From assembly GCF_009914755.1 (NCBI RefSeq), contig NC_060947.1: a stretch of DNA of 64,000 nucleotides. One strand, written 5' to 3'. This DNA is from the human T2T-CHM13v2.0 reference genome, Homo sapiens. The notes below the pieces were generated by a model that saw only the letters and a list, made by a program, of their open reading frames with translations, was not told the DNA's origin and ran no database searches. This document shows positions 30,426-45,703 of this stretch, one piece after another (position 1 is the stretch's first letter; every line of letters starts with the position of its first letter). The position numbers were made by a program, and so were the translations under genes.

Positions 30426-31442
30426 CCATCACAAAGGGTGATTCTTGTTTTTCATCGTCAGTGTCATTTGCCTTCTTCAGGGCTTCCAGGTGGATCTTCG
30501 TCACCACCCTAGGATTGCTCACCATTCTCAAGCTTGAAAACCCACCTGCAATCATTTGGGCGGGGGGGGGGCGGGCATCTTTAAGCGCCCAGGTGAACTT
30601 GGTCTGCAGGCAGCAGCTGTCCTTTTCTCTGGATCTTCTGCTGAGGTCGGTAGGTTGATAAGTGATACTGATTTTGTGGCAGGAACTCCCTTCAGCCAAC
30701 TCCTGTCTTCCTGGGAAGGCCTCTGGAAGAAACCAGGTGGGTGCAGGGAACACTAAGGTGGGGATCTGGATGTTCGTCTTGATTTGGCCATTCATGAGCT
30801 GGGTGCTCGAGCTAGTCAGTTCACCTCTGGTCTCAGTCTCCTCCTTTGTAAATACAAGGGTTGGACTAAACACGTCCCCTTTCACCTCTGGGTCTCAATG
30901 TTATGCCCATCTTCCACGTAGGAAAACGGAGGCAGTTATCTGCCATGTAATCCCCCACACACACACACCCCCGCCCCCCGCCCAGAAGTAGAGGCAGGCC
31001 AGCTAGTGGCGTGGGTTTTTCTAGTACCCGTTTCCCGATGTCCTCAGTTAGCTCCCTGTCATATTCATCATGGGGCCCCCTTCTAGTCTGCTTTTTTGGT
31101 GAGACGTTTTCAGAGGCCTCTCGAGCGCTTGATGCCTAGATTGTGGGCCACGAGATGACCAGAGTGGCCAGCCACCGGCCGGAGGATACGTTCCTGAGAG
31201 CTCCACGTTTCCCACTAGTCAGTGAGCCTCAGGACTCCTGGGAAGCCTGATAATAAGTGTATCCCACCTGTTTCCAAACCCCTAGCGGTCGAAAACAAGA
31301 CTGCCAGGAACTGGCCCTAAAGTTACACCCACTGGTTGTGTTTTGGATGGTGTCTCTAGGAAATGCTTTGCTCTCCAGCCCCCCACATCCCGATTTTTCT
31401 GTCTGCCCCTGGGTATAAAGGTATGTTTGCCAAGTTCCCACA

Positions 31443-31532
31443 CTTAACCTCTGTGCAGAAAAGAAGCTGGTGTCCCTCTGTTGCATGCTTAACCTCTGTG
31501 CAGAAAAGAAGCTGGTGTCCCTCTGTTGCATG
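31443..31532. repeat. Perfect 45-bp tandem duplication
   Basis: cttaacctctgtgcagaaaagaagctggtgtccctctgttgcatg twice. Confidence 0.97.
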
Positions 31533-31641
31533 CGACACAGGTATCTGCCTTTGGTGAAAAACTCTTGTTCCTTTTCTCCATTCCAGGAGGGAAACTGTGT
31601 TCTGTTCTCCCCGCCGCCCCTCACAAGGTGTCATCACAATC

Positions 31642-31944
31642 TTTTTTTTTTTTTTTTTTTTTAAGACGGAGTCTCGCTCTGTTGCCCAGGCCGGAGTGCA
31701 GTGGCACGATCTCAGCTCACTGCAACCTCTGCCTCCCGTTCGAGCAATTCTCCTGCCTCAGCCACCCAAGTAGCTGGGATTACAGGCGCCCCCCCACCAT
31801 ACCTGGCCTACTTTTTGTATTTTTAGTAGAAATGGGGTTTCACCATGTTGGCCAGGTTGATCTCAAACTCCTGGCCTCAAGTGATCCGCCCACCTCGGCC
31901 TCCTGAAGTGTTGGGATTGCAGGCGTAAGCCACCGCGCCCGGCC
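31642..31944 (-). mobile_element. Alu (S-like)
   Basis: Full length. Confidence 0.92.
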
Positions 31945-32359
31945 CCACCCAGCTCAAATTCTGTGGTCATTTTTATCACTTGCTTGTTTGCCCTTTCATT
32001 TCTTCCTTGTGCTTGTTGGTAAAACCACAATCTCTTACATCTGACTGTCTCCCTACCCTGCCCCTGAACATGGCCCAAGAAGAACACATCCAAGCTGACT
32101 GGTTTCACACTAAATTCATGACTGCTTAGCTCAAGTGAACCCTTTCTGCAGTCCAGAATACGTGTCCACTTCTAAGGACGGTTTCATGTCTTATCTCCGT
32201 AAACCTCCTGTACCCCCAACCCCAATCTCGGTTACAGCTGATGATCTAGCTTCCTATTGCGGTGAAAAAATGGAAGCAATCAGAAGAGAACTTCTGGAAG
32301 TCCCCTGCCAGCCACCGTCTGCTCTCGTGCTCTTCCTCTGGATCAGGATGGGTTGGGAC

Positions 32360-32618
32360 TGGCTAACTCTGTCGTAGGAGGCTGTCCCGTGTATTGTAGG
32401 ATGTTTTGCAGCATCCCTGGCCTCTATTCACTGGATGCGTGTAGCACACATCCTCCCCCACCACCCAGTTGTGATGACCCAAAATGTCCCCTGGGGGACA
32501 AAATCTTGGGAGTTCTTTGGCAATATCTGGAGACGCTTTTGTTGGTTATGACTGGGAGAGGGGTACTATAGGCACCCAGGAGGGAGAGGCCGGGGCGCTG
32601 CCAAACATCCTGTGGTGC
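32360..32618. mobile_element. Two MER20-like fragments in opposite orientation
   Basis: 'tgtaggatgttttgcagcatccctggcctcta' and its diverged reverse complement at 32585-32611. Confidence 0.7.
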
Positions 32619-33070
32619 CAGCTACTCTGGGGGAGTGAGGCGGGCAGAATCCCTTGAGCTCAGGAGGTCGAGGCTGTCGTGAGCCATGATTGCACCGCTG
32701 CACTCCAGCCTGGGTGACAGAGTGAGAACCTGGCAAAAAAAAAAAAAAAAAAAAGCCGGGTGCGATGGCTCACGCTTATAATCCCAGCACTTCGGGAAGC
32801 TGAGGCGGGCGGATTGCTTGAGCTCAGGAGTTCAAGACCAGGCTGGCCAACATGGCAAAACCCCATCTCTATAAAAAAATACAAAAAACTTAGCCAGGCA
32901 TGGTGGCGCACACCTGTAGTCCCAGTTACTCTGGAGGACTGAGGCAGGGAGGATCCCTTGAGCCTGGGGAGGTCGAGGCTGCAACAAGCTGAGATCGCAT
33001 CACTGCACTCCAGCCTGGGCGACAGAGTGAGACCCCGTCTCAAAAACGAAAACAAAAGCAAAAAAACAGG
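32618..33070 (+). mobile_element. Partial Alu followed by a full Alu (J-like)
   Basis: Alu consensus. Confidence 0.88.
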
Positions 33071-33664
33071 AAAAAAGCTCTTAATTCCACTTCCACATGT
33101 GCCACTTCCATTTCTCTGCTCTCCTTTATAATACAGTTCTTAGATTGGTCTGGTGCTCTCTCCAGTTCTGTCCCCCCACTGGGACTTGTTCCAGCACTCC
33201 ACCAAAATTCCTCTGATCCAGTGATTTCCACATTGCTACACAGAATAGCTCTTCCTTTTCATCAGATTTGATCTACTAGCAGCATTGAAAACAACCCATC
33301 ACTCTGTTTTGAGGTACCTTCCCCTCGGCTTTTAGGATGCGGACCTCTCGCGATGTTTATTTCCTCTCACTGCATACTCCTTTTTGGTCACTTTTGCTGG
33401 AGCCTCATCTCTTTGACCTTTAAACACAGCCGTACCTCAGAGGTCTCGGTGCTTGGACTTCTCTATTTGTTCTCACCACCCCAGCGACCTCATTCAATCT
33501 AATGGCTTTCAATACCCTTGAGAACCTAGAAGATTCCAGTGTGTATCTCTAGTCTAGACTTTTCTCCCAAACTCCAGACCTACATGTTCAACATCTCCAT
33601 TTAGATGTCTGTTAGGTTAGGCATCTCACATGTCTGTGTCCACGCTTCTGATCTCTGCCCCTAA

Positions 33665-33982
<318 letters not shown>

Positions 33983-34329
33983 TCTGTTTTCTTTATCGCA
34001 GATAATGGCAGCTTCATCTTTCCAGCTATTTAGGCCTAAAACTAAGAATCATACTTGATTCTTCTTTTTCTTACACCCCCAGTGTAATCTTACTAGCAAA
34101 GCTTATTGGCACCACCTGCAAGATCTATCTATGCTAGCTTTCTGTCATCTCCCCAGCTACACTCTAATCAAAGCCACTATCACATTTTGCCTGGATCATA
34201 GCCAGTAGCCTCAGATCTTGGCCTTTCAGCTTCTGCCCTTTCCCCCCTACAGACTATTCTCCACACAGTAGCCAGAGTGGTCCTTTCAAGATTCAGATTA
34301 GCTCTCATCATTCTGTGCAAAACCCTTCA

Positions 34330-34714
<385 letters not shown>

Positions 34715-34809
34715 TCCTATAACTTTGCCTTTGCTTTGACTGCACTCCAGCCACACCGGCCTGCTTGCTGCCCTTCAGTTACACTAGGCCTCTCCTGCCT
34801 CGGGGCCTT

Positions 34810-34837
34810 TGCTGCTGCTGCTGCTGCTGCTGCTGCT
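34810..34837. repeat. (CTG/GCT)n repeat, about 9 units
   Basis: Directly visible. Confidence 0.9.
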
Positions 34838-34978
34838 CTCAGCCTCGAATAGTTTTTCCTTAGATCACGCTGTTGCTTGTTCTCTCACCTTGCTCGGGTC
34901 ATACCCAGATATCTTCTCAGTGAGGCCTTTCCTGACTGTCTACTGAAAATTGCTATTATTCTTTTCCATTCATGCTAG

Positions 34979-35885
<907 letters not shown>

Positions 35886-37449
35886 TGCAGCACTAAATTT
35901 CTACATATTTACTAATTTATTTTGTTGATTGTCCCCACCATCCTCGACTGGAATGAAAGATCCATGAGGGCATGGATTTGGCTTCATTCTCTGTTGTATT
36001 ACGCAGAGTCTAAATAGTTTCCAGCATATAGTAAGTGCTCAGTGAATATGTCTTGAAAACAATGTGTCAGTGTTGAGGGTGACTCAAGCCAGGGCAATGA
36101 GTTCCAGTAAGAGCTAATCCTGGATTTTTGCTTGACTTCTTGAGCAGAGACGTTTCCTAATTCACCCTGGACTTGAACGTGAGATGATGTAGAGGCTGGC
36201 ACTTCTGCTGCCATCTTACTATTGCGTTATATTAGGGCTCTTGGTTGCATACAACAGAATCCTCTTGTTCAAAATATTCACTTTTCTTCCCCATGTAGGA
36301 TTTTGACACCATGGTCCCCCGATAGACTTGCCCAGGTGGCTTTGCTTTGCCCAGTTGAATGTGAGCAGAAGTGATGAGTATCACTTCCAAGCAAAAGTGT
36401 AAGAGCCAGTGTGGTGGCTGCTTCTGTCCTTCCCCTTTGCTGCAAGAAGAACAGCAATGCCCCAGAGACAGGTTGGCCTGAGTTTCAGAGGGAAGGCTCC
36501 ATGTTACAGAACTGCAGCCCATCTGCACTGTCCGCGGAACTGGAGTGCAAAACAAACCTTTATCATTGTAAGCCACTAACGTTTGGGGTTGTTACGAAAG
36601 CATAACACCACCTAAGCGGCTTCAACACTCCCACAAGTTTAAGAGGAAAAGGAGTTTATTAAAGGACACCAGATGGCTCACAGGATCTCCAAGAAGGCCT
36701 CGGTGACTCCAAAGCCAGGAATGATGTCCAAATCTCACTGAGGGACTGCACCAGCGCAGGTGCGCACTGCTGCCTCCTCTGAGTACATATTTAGTAAGTC
36801 ACACCAGTGTTGGAGCCCAGAATCTTGACCACTGCTGTCTCTGGAAACTGGACACCTCTGCCACTAACCTTGGCAGTAGATGGCCTTTGGGAGCCCTCCA
36901 CGTCTTCAGGTTGCCCTCTTCTGGATTGAAGTCGCTGGCAGAGCTGAGTTTACCTGCCTGTGCTCTTGCTATCAAAGAGGCTGGAAAAGCAAATTTCTTG
37001 TTTCTACTTTGGCGAGTTAGGAGTCAAACAGGAGGAATTACCAAGACATAGGGAGGAGGTTCAGAAGTTAGTGAATGACCATGAAGCATGAAAGACGTCC
37101 ACGACCTGCTGGAGACCTGAGGATGGAGCGGACACCAAGGGATCCCAGCTGAGCAATAGAGCAGCTGGGTGCCATGACTTACGCCCCGGCCCCAGTCATG
37201 CATATACCATTGACTCTTCAGTTATTTGAGGAAACCAGTCCTAGCTTTGCTTAAGCCAGCTGGAATGGGCTTACTGACACTTGCAATGGAAAGAGTCCTA
37301 ATGATCTGTGTCTCAAATGGATGAGCGTTGGCACAGTGGCTAACGGTGGTGCCCTGGCTCGGATGCCTGAAAGTTTTGGTTGTTCTCAGTCCCCAGTAAG
37401 TGGGGATGAGGCTGACAGTTATGGGAATGGCCGCTTCTGGTAGGGTAGG

Positions 37450-37815
37450 TGTATTAATCTGTTCTCACGCTGCTAATAAAGACAAACCCCAGACTGGGCA
37501 ATTTATAAAGGAAAGAGGTTTAGTGGACTCACAGTTCCAGTGGCTGAGGAGGCCTCACAATCATGGCGGAGGATGAAGGAGGAGCAAAGGGACGTCTTAC
37601 ATGCTGGCAGGCAAGAGAGAAATGAGAGCCAGGCAAAAGGGGAAGCCAAAACCATCAGATCTCATGAGACTTATTCACTCTCATGAGAACAGCATGGGAA
37701 AGACCTGCCCCATGATTCGATTGCCTCCCCTCCGGGTCCCTCCCACGACACGTGGGAATTGTGGGAGCTACAATTCAAGATGAGATTTGGGTTGCAGCAC
37801 AGCCAAACCGTATCA
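37450..37815 (-). mobile_element. THE1-type MaLR solo LTR
   Basis: 'tgtattaatctgttctcacgctgctaataaagac...gagctacaattcaagatgagatttggg...cagccaaaccgtatca'. Confidence 0.85.
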
Positions 37816-37970
37816 CCTGGGTTGTGGTTTCCCTGTCTGCTGGGGAGCCAGTAGTTCTCATGTACAGCAGGGCGCTTGCTCACGTGTGGCACAGTAACCA
37901 GGCCAGGTACAATTATACAGTGGGCAACATGTCTGTGTCAGATAGTGCTAGTTGCTTATCTACTAGCAGA

Positions 37971-38012
37971 TATTGAGGAAAAGAGGAATATCCGTTCCTC
38001 TTTTCCTCAATA
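37971..38012. repeat. Perfect 18-bp inverted repeat with 6-nt spacer
   Basis: tattgaggaaaagaggaa-tatccg-ttcctcttttcctcaata. Confidence 0.95.
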
Positions 38013-39164
38013 AGACAAGTAAAAACGCACAGTTGTACAGTGCTTGCTGTGTATTAGGGACTATTCTAAGTGCTTCACTCGTATTAACTCATTGAATCCT
38101 CATGAGAACCCTGTACTATTATCATAGTTTGCAGGTGAGGAAATCGAGGCACAGAGTAAGTTGGTAACTTGACCAAGTCACACAGTGACATAAAGAAGCA
38201 AGGTTCTAAGCCCAGACCATCTGGCTCCGTGGGCTGTGCTTAGCCTCTGCACTATAGTGCCTGATTTTGTTTGCTTTGGTGATGTGTCTGGCTAAAACAG
38301 CTTCATTTCCTTGAAAGGAGGTAGACCCATTTGGTATCCCCCCTTTTGCCCATAGTTCATCTCTTTCTGCCTGGAACGTGAGTGTGGTGCTAGAAGGAGG
38401 GCATCACTTTCTGTCGTGATTACTATTTTGCACCCATGAGTTGACAATTGGGAAGAAGAAAGCTGCATGGCTTGGCCTAAAGAAGGAAGGTGCCTGGGTC
38501 CCAGCCCCAGATTCCCTACTCCAGATTCCTTGTGAAATGAATAATAAAATCCCTCATTTTTAATGCTACTGTTTAGTAGAAGTTTCAGTTATATGAGGAA
38601 AAATACAGATCCTACTGATTGAACCTTTGCACATAGCTCACCCGTAGCTCTCTCCTGTACCATTTTGACAATGTCTTTAATTTGTCCCCCAGCTACCAAG
38701 GGCTTGCCCTGTGTTCCAGTCCCTTGATGGAAGTTGTTCATTATCACATGCCTGCAATATGTCTGGGAACACAGTGTTGGGTAGTGCGGGAGCTTTTTTA
38801 AAAAAAGTATATGACATGGCCTCATCTCAAGAAGTCTGAAGAACATGAGTTAACCCAAAGGACTCATTTGTTCCAGTATGTTAATGGAAGATAGTGGCTT
38901 GATGTGGTTTTCCTAATGTAGGATGTTACTAGATCTGAATTTGGGCCCGGTCTCCTTTCTCTTAAAGAAGAAACTTGACAAAAGAGAAGGCTGATGAGGG
39001 ATAGGCAGGGTGATAAGCAAAAACCTGTCTAATAGGAAAGAAGGCCTCACATGGTATACCTCTCCAGACCAGCTATCTATAACCTTCACAATCACCCACG
39101 ATCACTTTCAGTGAGATTACATTTCCTAGAGATGGCCACTCGAGAGAGAAACAGATGAGCTTAG

Positions 39165-39545
<381 letters not shown>

Positions 39546-40014
39546 TAGTTTCTAAAGTCACTCCCCTGTGACTAGGTAACTGAACACAGAACAATTTGAC
39601 TACTACTGCCCACTCCTCTAGAGTCCCATTTAAAAGGCAACACCTGATAGCAGCCAGTGCTAATTGGTGATGGAAATGGAATGGGTTACTCCCTCGACTT
39701 CCACAACACTTACTGCCTGATTTGTTTCCACATGGATTCAACTGGGCACGCAATAAGACTTGCCTCTAAGCTTTCTGCACAGTCTGAGGGAAAGATTTCA
39801 AGTGTGGTGCAGGTGTTAAACTCCAGTCATATTGTGTATTTTTACTAATGATTTCAAGAATTGGGGATCTTTTGGATACAATTTGGGTAGAGTCCTAAGG
39901 CCATCTACAGTAATAAAAGCAAAACCAATTAGTAGGTTGTTTAATTCATTTAGAGGCTATCTGCATGCTAGCAGTTTTCCTCTGCTAAATCCTGTTAAGA
40001 TGCAGTGGGTTCTG

Positions 40015-40331
<317 letters not shown>

Positions 40332-42247
40332 CTATTTTGTGCAGACGGAGTAGGCTGCCATGACAACTGTCTGTGAATATTATTTCAATATTAGTCATAC
40401 ATTTCCAGCGTCTGCTTCTGGGCTCAGCGTTCTTCTAAAGCCTGGATACAAATTTATTCTTAATGGACCTCTCCTGGACGTGTTTACAAAAAGAACAAAA
40501 ACAAAACACTTTCAACTGGCTGACTTTTTTTTTCTTTCAGAAGAGAAATTTGAATGAATTCACACAACTGAAAATTGATTGTGAATCTTATTGTCATTTT
40601 TTCTTTTAAAAAGGTGATTGTGATGTGAACTTATATGGTGCTGGATTATAGATTTTACTGAATAGAAGCACTACACCAGGATTTGGAAAGTTCCCCTGTA
40701 GGCATGTAGTCCTTACAGTAAAATTATTATTTTTTTCTTCTAACAGTATCAGAAAGAATCTTGTAGTTGCCTGTGGCAGAAGATCCGACCCAAACTGAGC
40801 AAAACCAGTTTCAAACGAATCTGGTTTGAAACTTCCGAAGGTAAGATTTGATCCAGAGACTTAGGATGGAGGGCTCCGGCTCCATTTCCCTGCCTTTTGG
40901 TTGGCCCTTCCCCATGTATCAATTTCACCCCCTGGACTGGCTCTTCTCATGGTGAAACCTTGCTCAGAGCACCACACTAGGGGGAGATAAGTGAGTCTGT
41001 CCCAGCACTCTCTCCAGGTACCCCGAGATTCACTCATAATATCTTTCTTTAGCTATACGCCCACCCCAAACACTCCTTTTTGCCAGGAGAAGAGGATATG
41101 CTGTCTTAGGCCTGAATTATGTGCTTGTTCCTGAAAAGTTGCTGTTGCTTGGGGAGTGGGCTCGGATAATTGGCTTAAGTCAACCAGGGCCCGCGCTTAG
41201 AGTTGGGGGCTGCGTCAGTCCCATGCAAATCACTTGGCTAAAAAACAGGAAGCGGGGGTGATTTCGAAAAGGAAAATTGTGATTCTATTACAAGGAAGTT
41301 AGGGGACTATTTGCTAGCCACCTGGTTAGGGAACAGAATGCTGGCCTAATGATAATAATAATAGCTAACATTTATTGAATACTATGAGCCAGGCACCAAG
41401 CTGCTTTATAGTTGTATTGGTTAGAGAATGTGTTTGGCTGCCTGAAATAAGGTAAATAGAACACCAGGGGCTTAACACAGAGCGCTGGTTTTCGTCCCAC
41501 ATGATACGAAGCCAGGAGATATACAGTGTCACATTGTCATCCAGGTCTCAAGCTCGTCCCTCCATCCTGCATCCATCCTGCATCATGGTTTCGCTATTCT
41601 CAGTGTGAGGCTTTCTTCCTAGTGTGCATGAGATGGCTGCTCCTCCTCCAGGCATTGTGTCCTGGTTCCAGGCAGAATAGGGGGAAGGACAAAAGAGAAG
41701 AGGCTTGTGCCAGCTGAGTCTTTTCCTTTTTATCAGGAAAATAGCTTTTCTGGAAGCCTCAGCCCATAGATTTCTGCTTGTATCTCAAGGGCTAGAACTG
41801 TGTCACATGACTACCCATAGTTGCAAGGGAGCCTAGCAAATCAAGTTTTGTTGCCCGAACACTGCCACCTAGAACAAAACGGGGGTTTTATTAGTAAGGA
41901 ACAGGGGGAGAATGGACAGTAATGATCAGTGGCTGCTACAATGTGTGTTAACCCATTCATTCGTTACGTCAACCCAGTGTGATTGGTGCTATCTGTAGCC
42001 TCGTTTTATAGTTGAAGCAATAGGCACAGAGAGGTTATGTAATTTGCCCAAGCTCACACAGAGCTGTTAAGTGGTTGAGCAAGAACTTGAACCCAAGCAA
42101 GCTGACTCTAGAATCTAATTCTATTATGTCCCTAGACACATCCTGACCCACTGGCCAGACCACATTTCTTCTCTAGGATGTATATCCACTTGGGAAATGC
42201 AGGCCTCTCCTGGAAATGGTAGCTAATACTTGTTTAGCACTTTATAG

Positions 42248-42643
<396 letters not shown>

Positions 42644-43343
42644 TAAGTTGCCTAAGATCCCCAGGTTGAAAGTGGCAGAGCTGATATTTCCTCAAAATTA
42701 TAAAAACTTACTCCAGTTTCCCTTTCTTAATCTTCCTGTTCTTCTCTGCACAGAGGAGTTCATTTCTAGTTTTTTTAAATGGCAATATTTCACTTTAGGC
42801 CCTATATTAACTTCATAACCTTCTCACGAAAACCAAACCAGAGAAATCTTGGCTCTCTCGCCTACTTGTTTTCACATAGGCCACCAGGAGGAATGTGCCA
42901 CATCAGTGGGAACTGTGACAGAAGTAAGTAATGGAGGCCTGGAAAGGGAGGTGGTTTTTCTCTCACATCATATAAAATCCAGAGCTTCCGTCAGAAAATG
43001 AAAGTGTTAGTTACAAATAGCTCTTATTGACCTGTTAAAGAGTTATTAAACATGTAGACATTGCTTCTCATTAGTTACATCAGATTAATTTGTTACTTTT
43101 CTTTAAAACTATTTCATAAATTGAACTTGTCACTGAGTAAGAATTGACAGCCCACTTCACTGGGATAAATTAGAGAAGTTTCACTACATTACTGACACGT
43201 CAGTTTGCTTATGATTATTATTTCTCTCGTTCTTTCCAAGTCTTTGAAATCTTTAGCTTTTGGCATTGCTTTATTTACATATCACAACATTCTTTTGTTT
43301 TGGTCTTACTACTGAGTAAACCATAAAAATTAATTGTAGAATT

Positions 43344-43813
43344 AATACATTTTAGGGAGACATGAGAATTCAATCAAATACATTTAAGAAATACATTGGT
43401 TCAGTTCAGAAAGGCAGGACAACTCGAAGCAAGGGGGAGGAGGGGCGTGGCTTCCGGGTTATAGGTAGATTGAAAAATGTTCTAGTTGACAGTTGGTTGA
43501 GTTTATCCAAAGACCTGGGATCAGTAGAAAGGAGATGTCTGGGTTAAGGGACTGTGGAGACCAAAGTTCTTATTGTGCAGATAGATGAAGCCTTCAGGTA
43601 GCAGGCTTCAGAGAGGACAGATTGTAAATGTTTCTTATCCGTCCTAAGGTCTGTGTTTATATTAATACCGGAGAGGTATAATGAGGCATGTTGGACCTCT
43701 GCTTCTCGTCATGGCCTGAAGCAGTCTTTCAGGTTAAATTTTAAAGTGCCCTGGCCTAGGAAGAAGTCCATTCCAATGGTTGGGCGGGGATTAAAATTTT
43801 TCTTTTGGTTTAC
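43344..43813 (-). mobile_element. MER4-like ERV1 LTR
   Basis: 'tacattttagggagacatgag...aaatacattggttcagttcagaaaggcaggacaactcgaagc...ttttggtttaca'. Confidence 0.7.
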
Positions 43814-43833
43814 ACTCCAAAAGCTATGAATGA

Positions 43834-44136
<303 letters not shown>

Positions 44137-44151
44137 GAGTACTGTGTTATA

Positions 44152-44332
44152 GAGCAGTGCCCCTCAAAGTATGCTTCACTGTCACCTGGGAGCTTATTAG
44201 AAATGCAGCTTCACAGCCCCACCCCAGACCTACTAAATCAGATTGGGATTCAGCAGTGATTGGGCCCGGGAATCTGTGTTTTGACAAGATCCCTAGGTGA
44301 CTTGTAAGTGCATTAAAGTTTGAGAAGTGCTG
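44152..44332 (+). mobile_element. MER5A-like hAT element
   Basis: 'cacctgggagcttattagaaatgcag...cccagacctactaaatcaga...aaagtttgagaagtgctg'. Confidence 0.75.
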
Positions 44333-44905
44333 TTTTAGAGTTTTACACAAATGAGTTGTAAGACTGACAGATTGTGCACCCTTTAAATTTTGGTGAAAAT
44401 AAGAGCTTCGGCTTTAGTAAATTAGACCTATATTGAATCCTGGATTCTCCTTTGAAAGTCTCCCAATCCTAGTCTCCAGTTAGCTACTCCGGGTCACGAG
44501 CCTTAGCTCAACTGTATGCTTGACTCCATCCCCCATCAACACCTTCACCTAATTAATCCACATTCAACCTTCCACTGTCAGGTCAAAGATGACTTCCTCA
44601 GAGAAGGCTTTGCTCGACCCCCCACCTCACTCTCATAAAATGAATACTTGTCCTTTGCAATTTCACATTTATGATTATTTGATTCATGTTTACTTCTCCT
44701 ACTAGCCTATAAGCTTTAGGAGGGAAGAGACCTTACCAGTTTTGCTAACTGGTATATCCCCAGGGTGTAGAACAGTACCCGGCACATAATAGATGCTCAA
44801 CAAATATTTATTTAATGAATATATGAATGAAACCAAGCCAGGAATAAGTGCACAAAAGAAAATGCTCTGAAAATGTTTTCCAAAGGCTTCTCCGTGAACT
44901 CTTAG

Positions 44906-45359
<454 letters not shown>

Positions 45360-45523
45360 TGATAAGGAGGCAATGGTGACAAAAAGAAAGCTGGAATCTG
45401 CCTTTCAATAAGCAAGAAATAGTCCTCTCATCCAGGTCATGTCGTCCACATTCCATTGGCAGGTATTGTCATATCTGCATCCTACATTGTGAGGTCACCA
45501 AGGCAACCTATTAATCATTCTAG

Positions 45524-45703
45524 AATCTACCTCTTGAAGATTACAAATGAGACTGGGAAACCCTCTTCAATAAGACCTGTGTGATGATAGATTGTGTCCT
45601 GAGCCCGCAGGTCAGGCTGAAAGAGTCAACAACCAGCAAAGTGAAGATCTAGGAGTCTGTTCCCCTTGAACCTGTGTGGACCTGATCAAACCTCGAGGGA
45701 AAG
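45524..45703 (+). other. PPEF1: Probable PPEF1 5'UTR exon
   Basis: Unique sequence ending in a strong AAG|GTAAGA donor. Possible acceptor ttctAG at 45522-45523, or a transcription start nearby. Confidence 0.6.

Noticed and set aside
30361-30885. 174-aa minus-strand ORF
   Set aside because: Non-ATG start, partly overlaps MIR and MER45-like fragments, no recognisable protein similarity or splice context.
34810-34837. CTG repeat as a poly-Ala coding tract or expansion locus
   Set aside because: Short, within L2-like sequence; the host ORF starts in an Alu.
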